A stretch of 64,000 bases of DNA, taken from positions 7,662,612 through 7,726,611 of the forward strand of contig NC_134036.1 of the NCBI RefSeq assembly GCF_964204645.1, written 5' to 3'. Position numbers and translations under genes: made by a program. This DNA is from Tubulanus polymorphus. Its lineage: Eukaryota > Animalia > Nemertea. Below the pieces are notes generated by a model. It saw nothing but the letters and a program-made list of their open reading frames with translations, was not told the origin of the DNA and made no database searches. Below are positions 1 through 13,170 of this stretch, one piece after another. The number at the start of each line of letters is the position of its first letter. Position 1 is the stretch's first letter.

Positions 1-3000
1 CGGACCTTCTGCCTCCCTCCCTCCCTCCCTCACTGCACCGGGTCGTAACGCTGATCAAGGCCCGGACAGCACTTAGTCCTTTTTCGAACTACCACCGCCG
101 GCACACTGACGAACGGATGGACGACCGACCTACTGCCTCCCTCCCTCCCTCCCTGACCAGCGCCGGGTCGTACCGCTGATTAAGGCCCGGTCAGCCCTTA
201 GTCGTTTTTCGAACTACCACCGCCGGCACACTGACGAACGGATGGACGACCGACCTACTGCTTCCCTCCCTCCCTCCCTCACTGCACCGGGTAGTAACGC
301 TGATCAAGGCCCGGTCAGCACTTAGTCGTTTTTCGAACTACCACCGCCGGCACACTGACGAACGGATGGACGACCGACCTATTGCCTCCCTCCCTCCCTC
401 ACTGCACCGGGTCGTAACGCTGATCAAGGCCCGGTCAGCACTTAGTCGTTTTTCGAACAACCAACTCTGCCGGCACACTGACGAACGGACGGACGACCGA
501 CCTACTGCCTCCCTCCCTCCCTCCCTCACTGCACCGGGTCGTAACGCTGATCAAGGCCCGGTCAGCACTTAGTCGTTTTTCGAACAACCACCAGCGGCAC
601 ACTGGCGAACGGACGGACGACCGACCTACTGCCTCCCTCCCTCCCTCACTGCTCCGGGTCGTAACGCTGATCAAGGCCCGGTCAGCACTTAGTCGTTTTT
701 CGAACAACCACCGCCGGCACACTGACGACCGGACGGACGACCGACCTACTGCCTCTCTCCCTCCCTCACTGCACCGGGTCGTAACGCTGATCTAGGCCCG
801 GTCAGCACTTAGTCGTTTTTCGAACTACCACCGCCGGCACACTGACGAACGGATGGACGACCGACCTACTGCCTCCCTCCCTCCCTTCCTGACCTGTGCC
901 GGGTCGTAACGCTGTTCATGGCCCGGTCAGCACTTAGTCGTTTTTCGAACAACAACCGCCGACACACTGACTAACGGGCGGACGACTGTCCTAGTGCCTC
1001 CCTCCCTCCCTCACTGCACCGGGTCGTAACGCTGATCATGGCCCGGTCAGCACTTAGTCGTTTTTCGAACAACAACCGCCGACACACTGACTAACGGGCG
1101 GACGACTGTCCTAGTGCCACCCTCCCTCCCTCACTGCACCGGGTCGTAACGCTGATCATGGCCCGGTCAGCACTTAGTCGTTTTTCGAACAACCACCGCC
1201 GGCACACTGACGAACGGATGGACGACCGACCTATTGCCTCCCTCCCTCCCTCCCTCACTGCACCGGGTCGTAACGCTGATCAAGGCCCGCTCAGCACTTA
1301 GTCGTTTTTCGAACAACCACCGCCGGCACACCGACGAACGGATGGACGACCGACCTACTGCCTCCCTCCCTCCCTCCCTCACTGCACCGGGTCGTAACGC
1401 TGATCAAGGCCCGGTCAGCACTTAGTCGTTTTTCGAACTACCACCGCCGGCACACTGACGAACGGATGGACGACCGACCTATTGCCTCCCTCCCTCCCTC
1501 CCTCCCTCACTGCACCGGGTCGTAACGCTGATCAAGGCCCGGTCAGCACTTAGTCGTTTTTCGAACAACCAACTCTGCCGGCACACTGACGAACGGACGG
1601 ACGACCGACCTACTGCCTCCCTCCCTCCCTCACTGCACCGGGTCGTAACGCTGATCAAGGCCCGGTCAGCACTTAGTCGTTTTTCGAACAACCACCAGCG
1701 GCACACTGGCGAACGGACGGACGACCGACCTACTGCCTCCCTCCCTCCCTCACTGCTCCGGGTCGTAACGCTGATCAAGGCCCGGTCAGCACTTAGTCGT
1801 TTTTCGAACAACCACCGCCGGCACACTGACGACCGGACGGACGACCGACCTACTGCCTCTCTCCCTCCCTCACTGCACCGGGTCGTAACGCTGATCTAGG
1901 CCCGGTCAGCACTTAGTCGTTTTTCGAACTACCACCGCCGGCACACTGACGAACGGATGGACGACCGACCTACTGCCTCCCTCCCTCCCTTCCTGACCGG
2001 TGCCGGGTCGTAACGCTGTTCATGGCCCGGTCAGCACTTAGTCGTTTTTCGAACAACAACCGCCGACACACTGACTAACGGGCGGACGACTGTCCTAGTG
2101 CCTCCCTCCCTCCCTCACTGCACCGGGTCGTAACGCTGATCATGGCCCGGTCAGCACTTAGTCGTTTTTCGAACAACAACCGCCGACACACTGACTAACG
2201 GGCGGACGACTGTCCTAGTGCCACCCTCCCTCCCTCACTGCACCGGGTCGTAACGCTGATCAAGGCCCGGTCAGCACTTAGTCGTTTTTCGAACAACCAC
2301 CAGCGGCACACTGGCGAACGGACGGACGACCGACCTACTGCCTCCCTCCCTCCCTCACTGCTCCGGGTCGTAACGCTGATCAAGGCCCGGTCAGCACTTA
2401 GTCGTTTTTCGAACAACCACCGCCGGCACACTGACGAACGGATGGACGACCGACCTACTGCCTCCCTCCCTCCCTTCCTGACCGGTGCCGGGTCGTAACG
2501 CTGTTCATTGCCCGGTCAGCACTTAGTCGTTTTTCGAACAACAACCGCCGACACACTGACTAACGGGCGGACGACTGTCCTAGTGCCTCCCTCCCTCCCT
2601 CACTGCACCGGGTCGTAACGCTGATCATGGCCCGGTCAGCACTTAGTCGTTTTTCGAACAACAACCGCCGACACACTGACTAACGGGCGGACGACTGTCC
2701 TAGTGCCACCCTCCCTCCCTCACTGCACCGGGTCGTAACGCTGATCATGGCCCGGTCAGCACTTAGTCGTTTTTCGAACAACCACCGCCGGCACACTGAC
2801 GAACGGATGGACGACCGACCTATTGCCTCCCTCCCTCCCTCCCTCACTGCACCGGGTCGTAACGCTGATCAAGGCCCGCTCAGCACTTAGTCGTTTTTCG
2901 AACAACCACCGCCGGCACACTGACGAACGGATGGACGACCGACCTACTGCCTCCCTCCCTCCCTCCCTCACTGCACCGGGTCGTAACGCTGATCAAGGCC

Positions 3001-6000
3001 CGGTCAGCACTTAGTCGTTTTTCGAACTACCACCGCCGGCACACTGACGAACGGATGGACGACCGACCTATTGCCTCCCTCCCTCCCTCCCTCACTGCAC
3101 CGGGTCGTAACGCTGATCAAGGCCCGGTCAGCACTTAGTCGTTTTTCGAACAACCAACTCTGCCGGCACACTGACGAACGGACGGACGACCGACCTACTG
3201 CCTCCCTCCCTCCCTCACTGCACCGGGTCGTAACGCTGATCAAGGCCCGGTCAGCACTTAGTCGTTTTTCGAACAACCACCAGCGGCACACTGGCGAACG
3301 GACGGACGACCGACCTACTGCCTCCCTCCCTCCCTCACTGCTCCGGGTCGTAACGCTGATCAAGGCCCGGTCAGCACTTAGTCGTTTTTCGAACAACCAC
3401 CGCCGGCACACTGACGACCGGACGGACGACCGACCTACTGCCTCTCTCCCTCCCTCACTGCACCGGGTCGTAACGCTGATCTAGGCCCGGTCAGCACTTA
3501 GTCGTTTTTCGAACTACCATCGCCGGCACACTGACGAACGGATGGACGACCGACCTACTGCCTCCCTCCCTCCCTTCCTGACCGGTGCCGGGTCGTAACG
3601 CTGTTCATGGCCCGGTCAGCACTTAGTCGTTTTTCGAACAACAACCGCCGACACACTGACTAACGGGCGGACGACTGTCCTAGTGCCTCCCTCCCTCCCT
3701 CACTGCACCGGGTCGTAACGCTGATCATGGCCCGGTCAGCACTTAGTCGTTTTTCGAACAACAACCGCCGACACACTGACTAACGGGCGGACGACTGTCC
3801 TAGTGCCACCCTCCCTCCCTCACTGCACCGGGTCGTAACGCTGATCATGGCCCGGTCAGCACTTAGTCGTTTTTCGAACAACCACCGCCGGCACACTGAC
3901 GAACGGATGGACGACCGACCTATTGCCTCCCTCCCTCCCTCCCTCACTGCACCGGGTCGTAACGCTGATCAAGGCCCGCTCAGCACTTAGTCGTTTTTCG
4001 AACAACCACCGCCGGCACACTGACGAACGGATGGACGACCGACCTAATGCCTCCCTCCCTCCCTCCCTCACTGCACCGGGTCGTAACGCTGATCAAGACC
4101 CGGTCAGCACTTAGTCGTTTTTCGAACAACCACCGCCGGCACACTGACGAACGGACGGACGACCGACCTACTGCCTCCCTCCCTCCCTCACTGCACCGGG
4201 TCGTAACGCTGATCAAGGCCCGGTCAGCACTTAGTCGTTTTTCGAACTACCACCGCCGGCACACTGACGAACGAACGGACGACCGACCTACTGCCACCCT
4301 CCCTCCCTTCTTGACCGGTGCCAGGTCGTAACGCTGTTCATGGCCCGGTCAGCACTTAGTCGTTTTTCGAACAACAACCGCCGACACACTGACTAACGGG
4401 CGGACGACTGTCCTAGTGCCTCCCTCCCTCCCTCACTGCACCGGGTCGTAACGCTGATCAAGGCCCGGTCAGCACTTAGTCGTTTTTCGAACTACCACCG
4501 CCGGCACACTGACGAACGAACGGACGACCGACCTACTGCCACCCTCCCTCCCTTCCTGACCGGTGCCGGGTCGTAACGCTGTTCATGGCCCGGTCAGCAC
4601 TTAGTCGTTTTTCGATCAGCAACCGACGACACACTGACTAACGGGCGGACGACGGACCTTCTGCCTCCCTCCCTCCCTCCCTCACTGCACCGGGTCGTAA
4701 CGCTGATCAAGTCCCGGTCAGCACTTAGTCGTTTTTCGAACTACCACCGCCGGCACACTGACGAACGGATGGACGACCGACCTACTGCCTCCCTCCCTCC
4801 CTCAATGCTCCGGGTCGTAACGCTGATCAAGGCCCGGTCAGCACATAGTCGTTTTTCGAACAACCACCGCCGGCACACTGGCGAACGGACGGACGACCGA
4901 CCTACTGCCTCCCTCCCTCCCTCACTGCTCCGGGTCGTAACGCTGATCAAGGCCCGGTCAGCACTTAGTCGTTTTTCGAAAAACCACCGCCGGCACACTG
5001 ACGAACGGACGGACGACCGACCTACTGCCTCCCTCCCTCCCTCCCTGACCGGTGCCGGGTCGTAACGCTGATTAAGGCCCGGTCAGCACTTAGTCGTTTT
5101 TCGAACAACCACCGCCGGCACAATGACGAACGGACGGACGACCGACCTACTGCCTCCCTCCCTCCCTCCCTGACCGGTGCCGGGTCGTAACGCTGTTCAT
5201 GGCCCGGTCAGCACTTAGTCGTTTTTCGAACAACAACCGCCGACACACTGACTAACGGGCGGACGACTGTCCTAGTGCCTCCCTCCCTCCCTCACTGCAC
5301 CGGGTCGTAACGCTGATCAAGGCCCGGTCAGCACTTAGTCGTTTTTCGAACTACCACCGCCGGCACACTGACGAACGGATGGACGACCGACCTACTGCCT
5401 CCCTCCCTCCCTCCCTCACTGCACCGGGTCGTAACGCTGATCAAGGCCCGCTCAGCACTTAGTCGTTTTTCGAACTACCACCACCGGCACACTGACGAAC
5501 GGACGGACGACCGACCTACTGCCTCCCTCCCTCCCTCACTGCACCGGGTCGTAACGCTGATCAAGGCCCGGTCAGCACTTAGTCGTTTTTCGAACAACCA
5601 CCAGCGGCACACTGGCGAACGGACGGACGACCGACCTACTGCCTCCCTCCCTCCCTCACTGCTCCGGGTCGTAACGCTGATCAAGGCCCGGTCAGCACTT
5701 AGTCGTTTTTCGAACAACCACCGCCGGCACACTGACGACCGGACGGACGACCGACCTACTGCCTCTCTCCCTCCCTCACTGCACCGGGTCGTAACGCTGA
5801 TCTAGGCCCGGTCAGCACTTAGTCGTTTTTCGAACTACCACCGCCGGCACACTGACGAACGGATGGACGACCGACCTACTGCCTCCCTCCCTCCCTTCCT
5901 GACCGGTGCCGGGTCGTAACGCTGATCATGGCCCGGTCAGCACTTAGTCGTTTTTCGAACAACCACCGCCGGCACACTGACGAACGGACGGACGACCGAC

Positions 6001-9000
6001 CTACTGCCTCCCTCCCTCCCTCACTGCACCGGGTCGTAACGCTGATCAAGGCCCGGTCAGCACTTAGTCGTTTTTCGAACTACCACCGCCGGCACACTGA
6101 CCAACGAACGGACGACCGACCTACTGCCACCCTTCCTCCCTTCCTGACCGGTGCCGGGTCGTAACGCTGTTCATGGCCCGGTCAGCACTTAGTCGTTTTT
6201 CGAACAACAACCGCCGACACACTGACTAACGGGCGGACGACGGACCTTCTGCCTCCCTCCCTCCCTCCCTCACTGCACCGGGTCGTAACGCTGATCAAGG
6301 CCCGGACAGCACTTAGTCCTTTTTCGAACTACCACCGCCGGCACACTGACGAACGGATGGACGACCGACCTACTGCCTCCCTCCCTCCCTCCCTGACCAG
6401 CGCCGGGTCGTACCGCTGATTAAGGCCCGGTCAGCCCTTAGTCGTTTTTCGAACTACCACCGCCGGCACACTGACGAACGGATGGACGACCGACCTACTG
6501 CTTCCCTCCCTCCCTCCCTCACTGCACCGGGTAGTAACGCTGATCAAGGCCCGGTCAGCACTTAGTCGTTTTTCGAACTACCACCGCCGGCACACTGACG
6601 AACGGATGGACGACCGACCTATTGCCTCCCTCCCTCCCTCACTGCACCGGGTCGTAACGCTGATCAAGGCCCGGTCAGCACTTAGTCGTTTTTCGAACAA
6701 CCAACTCTGCCGGCACACTGACGAACGGACGGACGACCGACCTACTGCCTCCCTCCCTCCCTCACTGCACCGGGTCGTAACGCTGATCAAGGCCCGGTCA
6801 GCACTTAGTCGTTTTTCGAACAACCACCAGCGGCACACTGGCGAACGGACGGACGACCGACCTACTGCCTCCCTCCCTCCCTCACTGCTCCGGGTCGTAA
6901 CGCTGATCAAGGCCCGGTCAGCACTTAGTCGTTTTTCGAACAACCACCGCCGGCACACTGACGACCGGACGGACGACCGACCTACTGCCTCTCTCCCTCC
7001 CTCACTGCACCGGGTCGTAACGCTGATCTAGGCCCGGTCAGCACTTAGTCGTTTTTTCGAACTACCACCGCCGGCACACTGACGAACGGATGGACGACCG
7101 ACCTACTGCCTCCCTCCCTCCCTTCCTGACCGGTGCCGGGTCGTAACGCTGTTCATGGCCCGGTCAGCACTTAGTCGTTTTTCGAACAACAACCGCCGAC
7201 ACACTGACTAACGGGCGGACGACTGTCCTAGTGCCTCCCTCCCTCCCTCACTGCACCGGGTCGTAACGCTGATCATGGCCCGGTCAGCACTTAGTCGTTT
7301 TTCGAACAACAACCGCCGACACACTGACTAACGGGCGGACGACTGTCCTAGTGCCACCCTCCCTCCCTCACTGCACCGGGTCGTAACGCTGATCAAGGTC
7401 CGGTCAGCACTTAGTCGTTTTTCGAACAACCACCAGCGGCACACTGGCGAACGGACGGACGACCGACCTACTGCCTCCCTCCTTCCCTCACTGCCTCCGG
7501 GTCGTAACGCTGATCAAGGCCCGGTCAGCACTTAGTCGTTCTTCGAACAACCACCGCCGGCACACTGACGAACGGATGGACGACCGACCTACTGCCTCCC
7601 TCCCTCCCTTCCTGACCGGTGCCGGGTCGTAACGCTGTTCATTGCCCGGTCAGCACTTAGTCGTTTTTCGAACAACAACCGCCGACACACTGACTAACGG
7701 GCGGACGACTGTCCTAGTGCCTCCCTCCCTCCCTCACTGCACCGGGTCGTAACGCTGATCATGGCCCGGTCAGCACTTAGTCGTTTTTTCGAACAACAAC
7801 CGCCGACACACTGACTAACGGGCGGACGACTGTCCTAGTGCCACCCTCCCTCCCTCACTGCACCGGGTCGTAACGCTGATCATGGCCCGGTCAGCACTTA
7901 GTCGTTTTTCGAACAACCACCGCCGGCACACTGACGAACGGATGGACGACCGACCTATTGCCTCCCTCCCTCCCTCCCTCACTGCACCGGGTCGTAACGC
8001 TGATCAAGGCCCGCTCAGCACTTAGTCGTTTTTCGAACAACCACCGCCGGCACACTGACGAACGGATGGACGACCGACCTACTGCCTCCCTCCCTCCCTC
8101 CCTCACTGCACCGGGTCGTAACGCTGATCAAGGCCCGGTCAGCACTTAGTCGTTTTTCGAACTACCACCGCCGGCACACTGACGAACGGATGGACGACCG
8201 ACCTATTGCCTCCCTCCCTCCCTCCCTCACTGCACCGGGTCGTAACGCTGATCAAGGCCCGGTCAGCACTTAGTCGTTTTTCGAACAACCAACTCTGCCG
8301 GCACACTGACGAACGGACGGACGACCGACCTACTGCCTCCCTCCCTCCCTCACTGCACCGGGTCGTAACGCTGATCAAGGCCCGGTCAGCACTTAGTCGT
8401 TTTTCGAACAACCACCAGCGGCACACTGGCGAACGGACGGACGACCGACCTACTGCCTCCCTCCCTCCCTCACTGCTCCGGGTCGTAACGCTGATCAAGG
8501 CCCGGTCAGCACTTAGTCGTTTTTCGAACAACCACCGCCGGCACACTGACGACCGGACGGACGACCGACCTACTGCCTCTCTCCCTCCCTCACTGCACCG
8601 GGTCGTAACGCTGATCTAGGCCCGGTCAGCACTTAGTCGTTTTTCGAACTACCATCGCCGGCACACTGACGAACGGATGGACGACCGACCTACTGCCTCC
8701 CTCCCTCCCTTCCTGACCGGTGCCGGGTCGTAACGCTGTTCATGGCCCGGTCAGCACTTAGTCGTTTTTCGAACAACAACCGCCGACACACTGACTAACG
8801 GGCGGACGACTGTCCTAGTGCCTCCCTCCCTCCCTCACTGCACCGGGTCGTAACGCTGATCATGGCCCGGTCAGCACTTAGTCGTTTTTCGAACAACAAC
8901 CGCCGACACACTGACTAACGGGCGGACGACTGTCCTAGTGCCACCCTCCCTCCCTCACTGCACCGGGTCGTAACGCTGATCATGGCCCGGTCAGCACTTA

Positions 9001-12000
9001 GTCGTTTTTCGAACAACCACCGCCGGCACACTGACGAACGGATGGACGACCGACCTATTGCCTCCCTCCCTCCCTCCCTCACTGCACCGGGTCGTAACGC
9101 TGATCAAGGCCCGCTCAGCACTTAGTCGTTTTTCGAACAACCACCGCCGGCACACTGACGAACGGATGGACGACCGACCTAATGCCTCCCTCCCTCCCTC
9201 CCTCACTGCACCGGGTCGTAACGCTGATCAAGACCCGGTCAGCACTTAGTCGTTTTTCGAACAACCACCGCCGGCACACTGACGAACGGACGGACGACCG
9301 ACCTACTGCCTCCCTCCCTCCCTCACTGCACCGGGTCGTAACGCTGATCAAGGCCCGGTCAGCACTTAGTCGTTTTTCGAACTACCACCGCCGGCACACT
9401 GACGAACGAACGGACGACCGACCTACTGCCACCCTCCCTCCCTTCTTGACCGGTGGCAGGTCGTAACGCTGTTCATGGCCCGGTCAGCACTTAGTCGTTT
9501 TTCGAACAACAACCGCCGACACACTGACTAACGGGCGGACGACTGTCCTAGTGCCTCCCTCCCTCCCTCACTGCACCGGGTCGTAACGCTGATCAAGGCC
9601 CGGTCAGCACTTAGTCGTTTTTCGAACTACCACCGCCGGCACACTGACGAACGAACGGACGACCGACCTACTGCCACCCTCCCTCCCTTCCTGACCGGTG
9701 CCGGGTCGTAACGCTGTTCATGGCCCGGTCAGCACTTAGTCGTTTTTCGATCAGCAACCGCCGACACACTGACTAACGGGCGGACGACGGACCTTCTGCC
9801 TCCCTCCCTCCCTCCCTCACTGCACCGGGTCGTAACGCTGATCAAGTCCCGGTCAGCACTTAGTCGTTTTTCGAACTACCACCGCCGGCACACTGACGAA
9901 CGGATGGACGACCGACCTACTGCCTCCCTCCCTCCCTCAATGCTCCGGGTCGTAACGCTGATCAAGGCCCGGTCCGCACATAGTCGTTTTTCGAACAACC
10001 ACCGCCGGCACACTGGCGAACGGACGGACGACCGACCTACTGCCTCCCTCCCTCCCTCACTGCTCCGGGTCGTAACGCTGATCAAGGCCCGGTCAGCACT
10101 TAGTCGTTTTTCGAAAAACCACCGCCGGCACACTGACGAACGGACGGACGACCGACCTACTGCCTCCCTCCCTCCCTCCCTGACCGGTGCCGGGTCGTAA
10201 CGCTGATTAAGGCCCGGTCAGCACTTAGTCGTTTTTCGAACAACCACCGCCGGCACAATGACGAACGGACGGACGACCGACCTACTGCCTCCCTCCCTCC
10301 CTCCCTGACCGGTGCCGGGTCGTAACGCTGTTCATGGCCCGGTCAGCACTTAGTCGTTTTTCGAACAACAACCGCCGACACACTGACTAACGGGCGGACG
10401 ACTGTCCTAGTGCCTCCCTCCCTCCCTCACTGCACCGGGTCGTAACGCTGATCAAGGCCCGGTCAGCACTTAGTCGTTTTTCGAACTACCACCGCCGGCA
10501 CACTGACGAACGGATGGACGACCGACCTACTGCCTCCCTCCCTCCCTCCCTCACTGCACCGGGTCGTAACGCTGATCAAGGCCCGCTCAGCACTTAGTCG
10601 TTTTTCGAACTACCACCACCGGCACACTGACGAACGGACGGACGACCGACCTACTGCCTCCCTCCCTCCCTCCCTCACTGCACCGGGTCGTAACGCTGAT
10701 CAAGGCCCGGTCAGCACTTAGTCGTTTTTCGAACAACCACCGCCGGCACACTGACGAACGGACGGACGACCGACCTACTGCCTCCCTCCCTCCCTCCCTC
10801 CCTGACCGGTGCCGGGTCGTAACGCTGATCAAGGCCCGGTCAGCACTTAGTCGTTTTTCGAACAACCACCGCCCGCACACTGACGAACGAACGGACGACC
10901 GACCTACTGCCACCCTCCCTCCCTTCCTGACCGGTGCCGGGTCGTAACGCTGTTCATGGCCCGGTCAGCACTTAGTCGTTTTTCGAACAACAACCGCCGA
11001 CACACTGATTAACGGGCGGACGACTGTCCTAGTGCCTCCCTCACTGCACCGGGTCGTAACGCTGATCATGGCCCGGTCAGCACTTAGTCGTTTTCCGAAC
11101 AACCACCAGCGGCACACTGGCGAACGGACGGACGACCGACCTACTGCCTCCCTCCCTCCCTCCCTCACTGCACCGGGTCGTAACGCTGATCAAGGCCCGG
11201 TCAGCACTTAGTCGTTTTTCGAACTACCACCACCGGCACACTGACGAACGGATGGACGACCGACCTACTGCCTCCCTCCCTCCATCCCTCCCTCACTGCA
11301 CCGGGTCGTAACGCTGATCAAGGCCCGGTCAGCACTTAGTCGTTTTTCGAACTACCACCGCCGGCACACTGACGAACGAACGGACGACCGACCTACTGCC
11401 ACCCTCCCTCCCTTCCTGACCGGTGCCGGGTCGTAACGCTGTTCATGGCCCGGTCAGCACTTAGTCGTTTTTCGAACAACAACCGCCGACACACTGACTA
11501 ACGGGCGGACGACGGACCTACTGCCTCCCTCCCTCCCTCCCTAACTGCACCGGGTCGTAACGCTGATCAAGGCCCGGTCAGCACTTAGTCGTTTTTCGAA
11601 CAACCACCGCCGGCACACTGACGAACGGACGGACGACCGACCTACTGCCTCCCTCCCTCCCTCCCTGACCGGTGCCGGGTCGTAACGCTGATCAAGGCCC
11701 GGTCAGCACTTAGTCGTTTTTCGAACAACCACCGCCGGCACACTGACGAACGAACGGACGACCGACCTACTGCCACCCTCCCTCCCTTCCTGACCGGTGC
11801 CGGGTCGTAACGCTGTTCATGGCCCGGTCAGCACTTAGTCGTTTTTCGAACAACAACCGCCGACACACTGACTAACGGGCGGACGACTGTCCTAGTGCCT
11901 CCCTCCCTCCCTCACTGCACCGGGTCGTAACGCTGATCATGGCCCGGTCAGCACTTAGTCGTTTTTCGAACAACCACCGCCGGCACACTGACGAACGGAC

Positions 12001-13170
12001 GGACAGACCGACCCTACTGCCTCCCTCCCTCCCTCCCTCCCTCCCTCCCTCCCTCCCTCCCTCCCTCCCTCCCTCCCTCCCTCCCTCCCTCCCTCCCTCC
12101 CTCCCTCCCCCTCCCTCCCTCCCTCCCTCCCTCCCTCCCTCCCTCCCTCCTCCCTCCCTCCCTCCCTCCCTCCCTCCCTCCCTCCCTCCCTCCCTCCCTC
12201 CCTCCCTCCCTCCCTCCCTCCCTCCCTCCCTCCCTCCCTCCCTCCCTCCCTCCCTCCCTCCCTCCCTCCCTCCCTCCCTCCCTCCCTCCCTCCCTCCCTC
12301 CCTCCCTCCCTCCCTCCCTCCCTCCCTCCCTCCCTCCCTCCCTCCCTCCCTCCCTCCCTCCCTCCCTCCCTCCCTCCCTCCCTCCCTCCCTCCCTCCCTC
12401 CCCTCCCTCCCTCCCTCCCTCCCTCCCTCCCTCCCTCCCTCCCTCCCTCCCTCCCTCCCTCCTCCCTCCCTCCCTCCCTCCCTCCCTCCCTCCCTCCCTC
12501 CCTCCCTCCCTCCCTCCCTCCCTCCCTCCCTCCCTCCCTCCCTCCCTCCTCCCTCCCCTCCCTCCCTCCCTCCCTCCCTCCCTCCCTCCCTCCCTCCCTC
12601 CCTCCCTCCCTCCCTCCCTCCCTCCCTCCCTCCCTCCCTCCCTCCCTCCCTCCCTCCTCCCTCCCTCCCTCCCTCCCTCCCTCCCTCCCTCCCTCCTCCC
12701 TCCCTCCCTCCCTCCCTCCCTCCCTCCCTCCCTCCCTCCCTCCCTCCCTCCCTCCCTCCCTCCCTCCCTCACTGCACCGGGTCGTAACGCTGATCAAGGC
12801 CCGGTCAGCACTTAGTCGTTTTTCGAACTACCACCGCCGGCACACTGACGAACGAACGGACGACCGACCTACTGCCACCCTCCCTCCCTTCCTGACCGGT
12901 GCCGGGTCGTAACGCTGTTCATGGCCCGGTCAGCACTTAGTCGTTTTTCGAACAACAACCGCCGACACTGACTAACGGGCTGACGACGGACCTACTGCCT
13001 CCCTCCCTCCCTCCCTAACTGCACCGGGTCGTAACGGTGATCAAGGCCCGGTCAGCACTTAGTCGTTTTTCGAACAACCACCGCCGGCACACTGACGAAC
13101 GGACGGACGACCGACCTACTGCCTCCCTCCCTCCCTCACTGCACCGGGTCGTAACGCTGATCAAGGCCCG
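1..13170 (+). repeat. Satellite A, left arm (120/123/124-bp GC-rich monomer containing (CCCT)n)
   Basis: Tandem monomer ACTGCACCGGGTCGTAACGCTGATCAAGGCCCGGTCAGCACTTAGTCGTTTTTCGAACAACCACCGCCGGCACACTGACGAACGGACGGACGACCGACCTACTGCCTCCCTCCCTCCCTC (120 bp). One extra CCCT gives 124 bp; the CAACTCTGCC variant gives 123 bp. Runs off the window start. Confidence 0.99.
12020..12770. repeat. ~750-bp (CCCT)n/(AGGG)n expansion inside one SatA monomer
   Basis: Pure C/T tract of CCCT units with a few CCT/CCCCT slips, at the normal position of the tract in the monomer (CTACTG...ACTGCACC). Confidence 0.95.

Noticed and set aside
100-125. Hammerhead ribozyme core in the satellites (CTGACGA in SatA; TGATGAG-stem and CTGAAC-GACG/CGTC-GAAA in SatB)
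   Set aside because: SatA has no GAAA after a helix II on that strand. SatB lacks a proper CUGANGA joined to a stem and GAAA, and no helix III or cleavage triplet is evident.
7050-7790. Single-base insertions distinguishing duplicated blocks (T6 runs, CTGCCTCCGG)
   Set aside because: Homopolymer-type indels that are probably consensus errors.
11939-12797. 282-aa Pro-rich and 280-aa Gly/Arg/Glu-rich ORFs
   Set aside because: Translations of the (CCCT)n tract.
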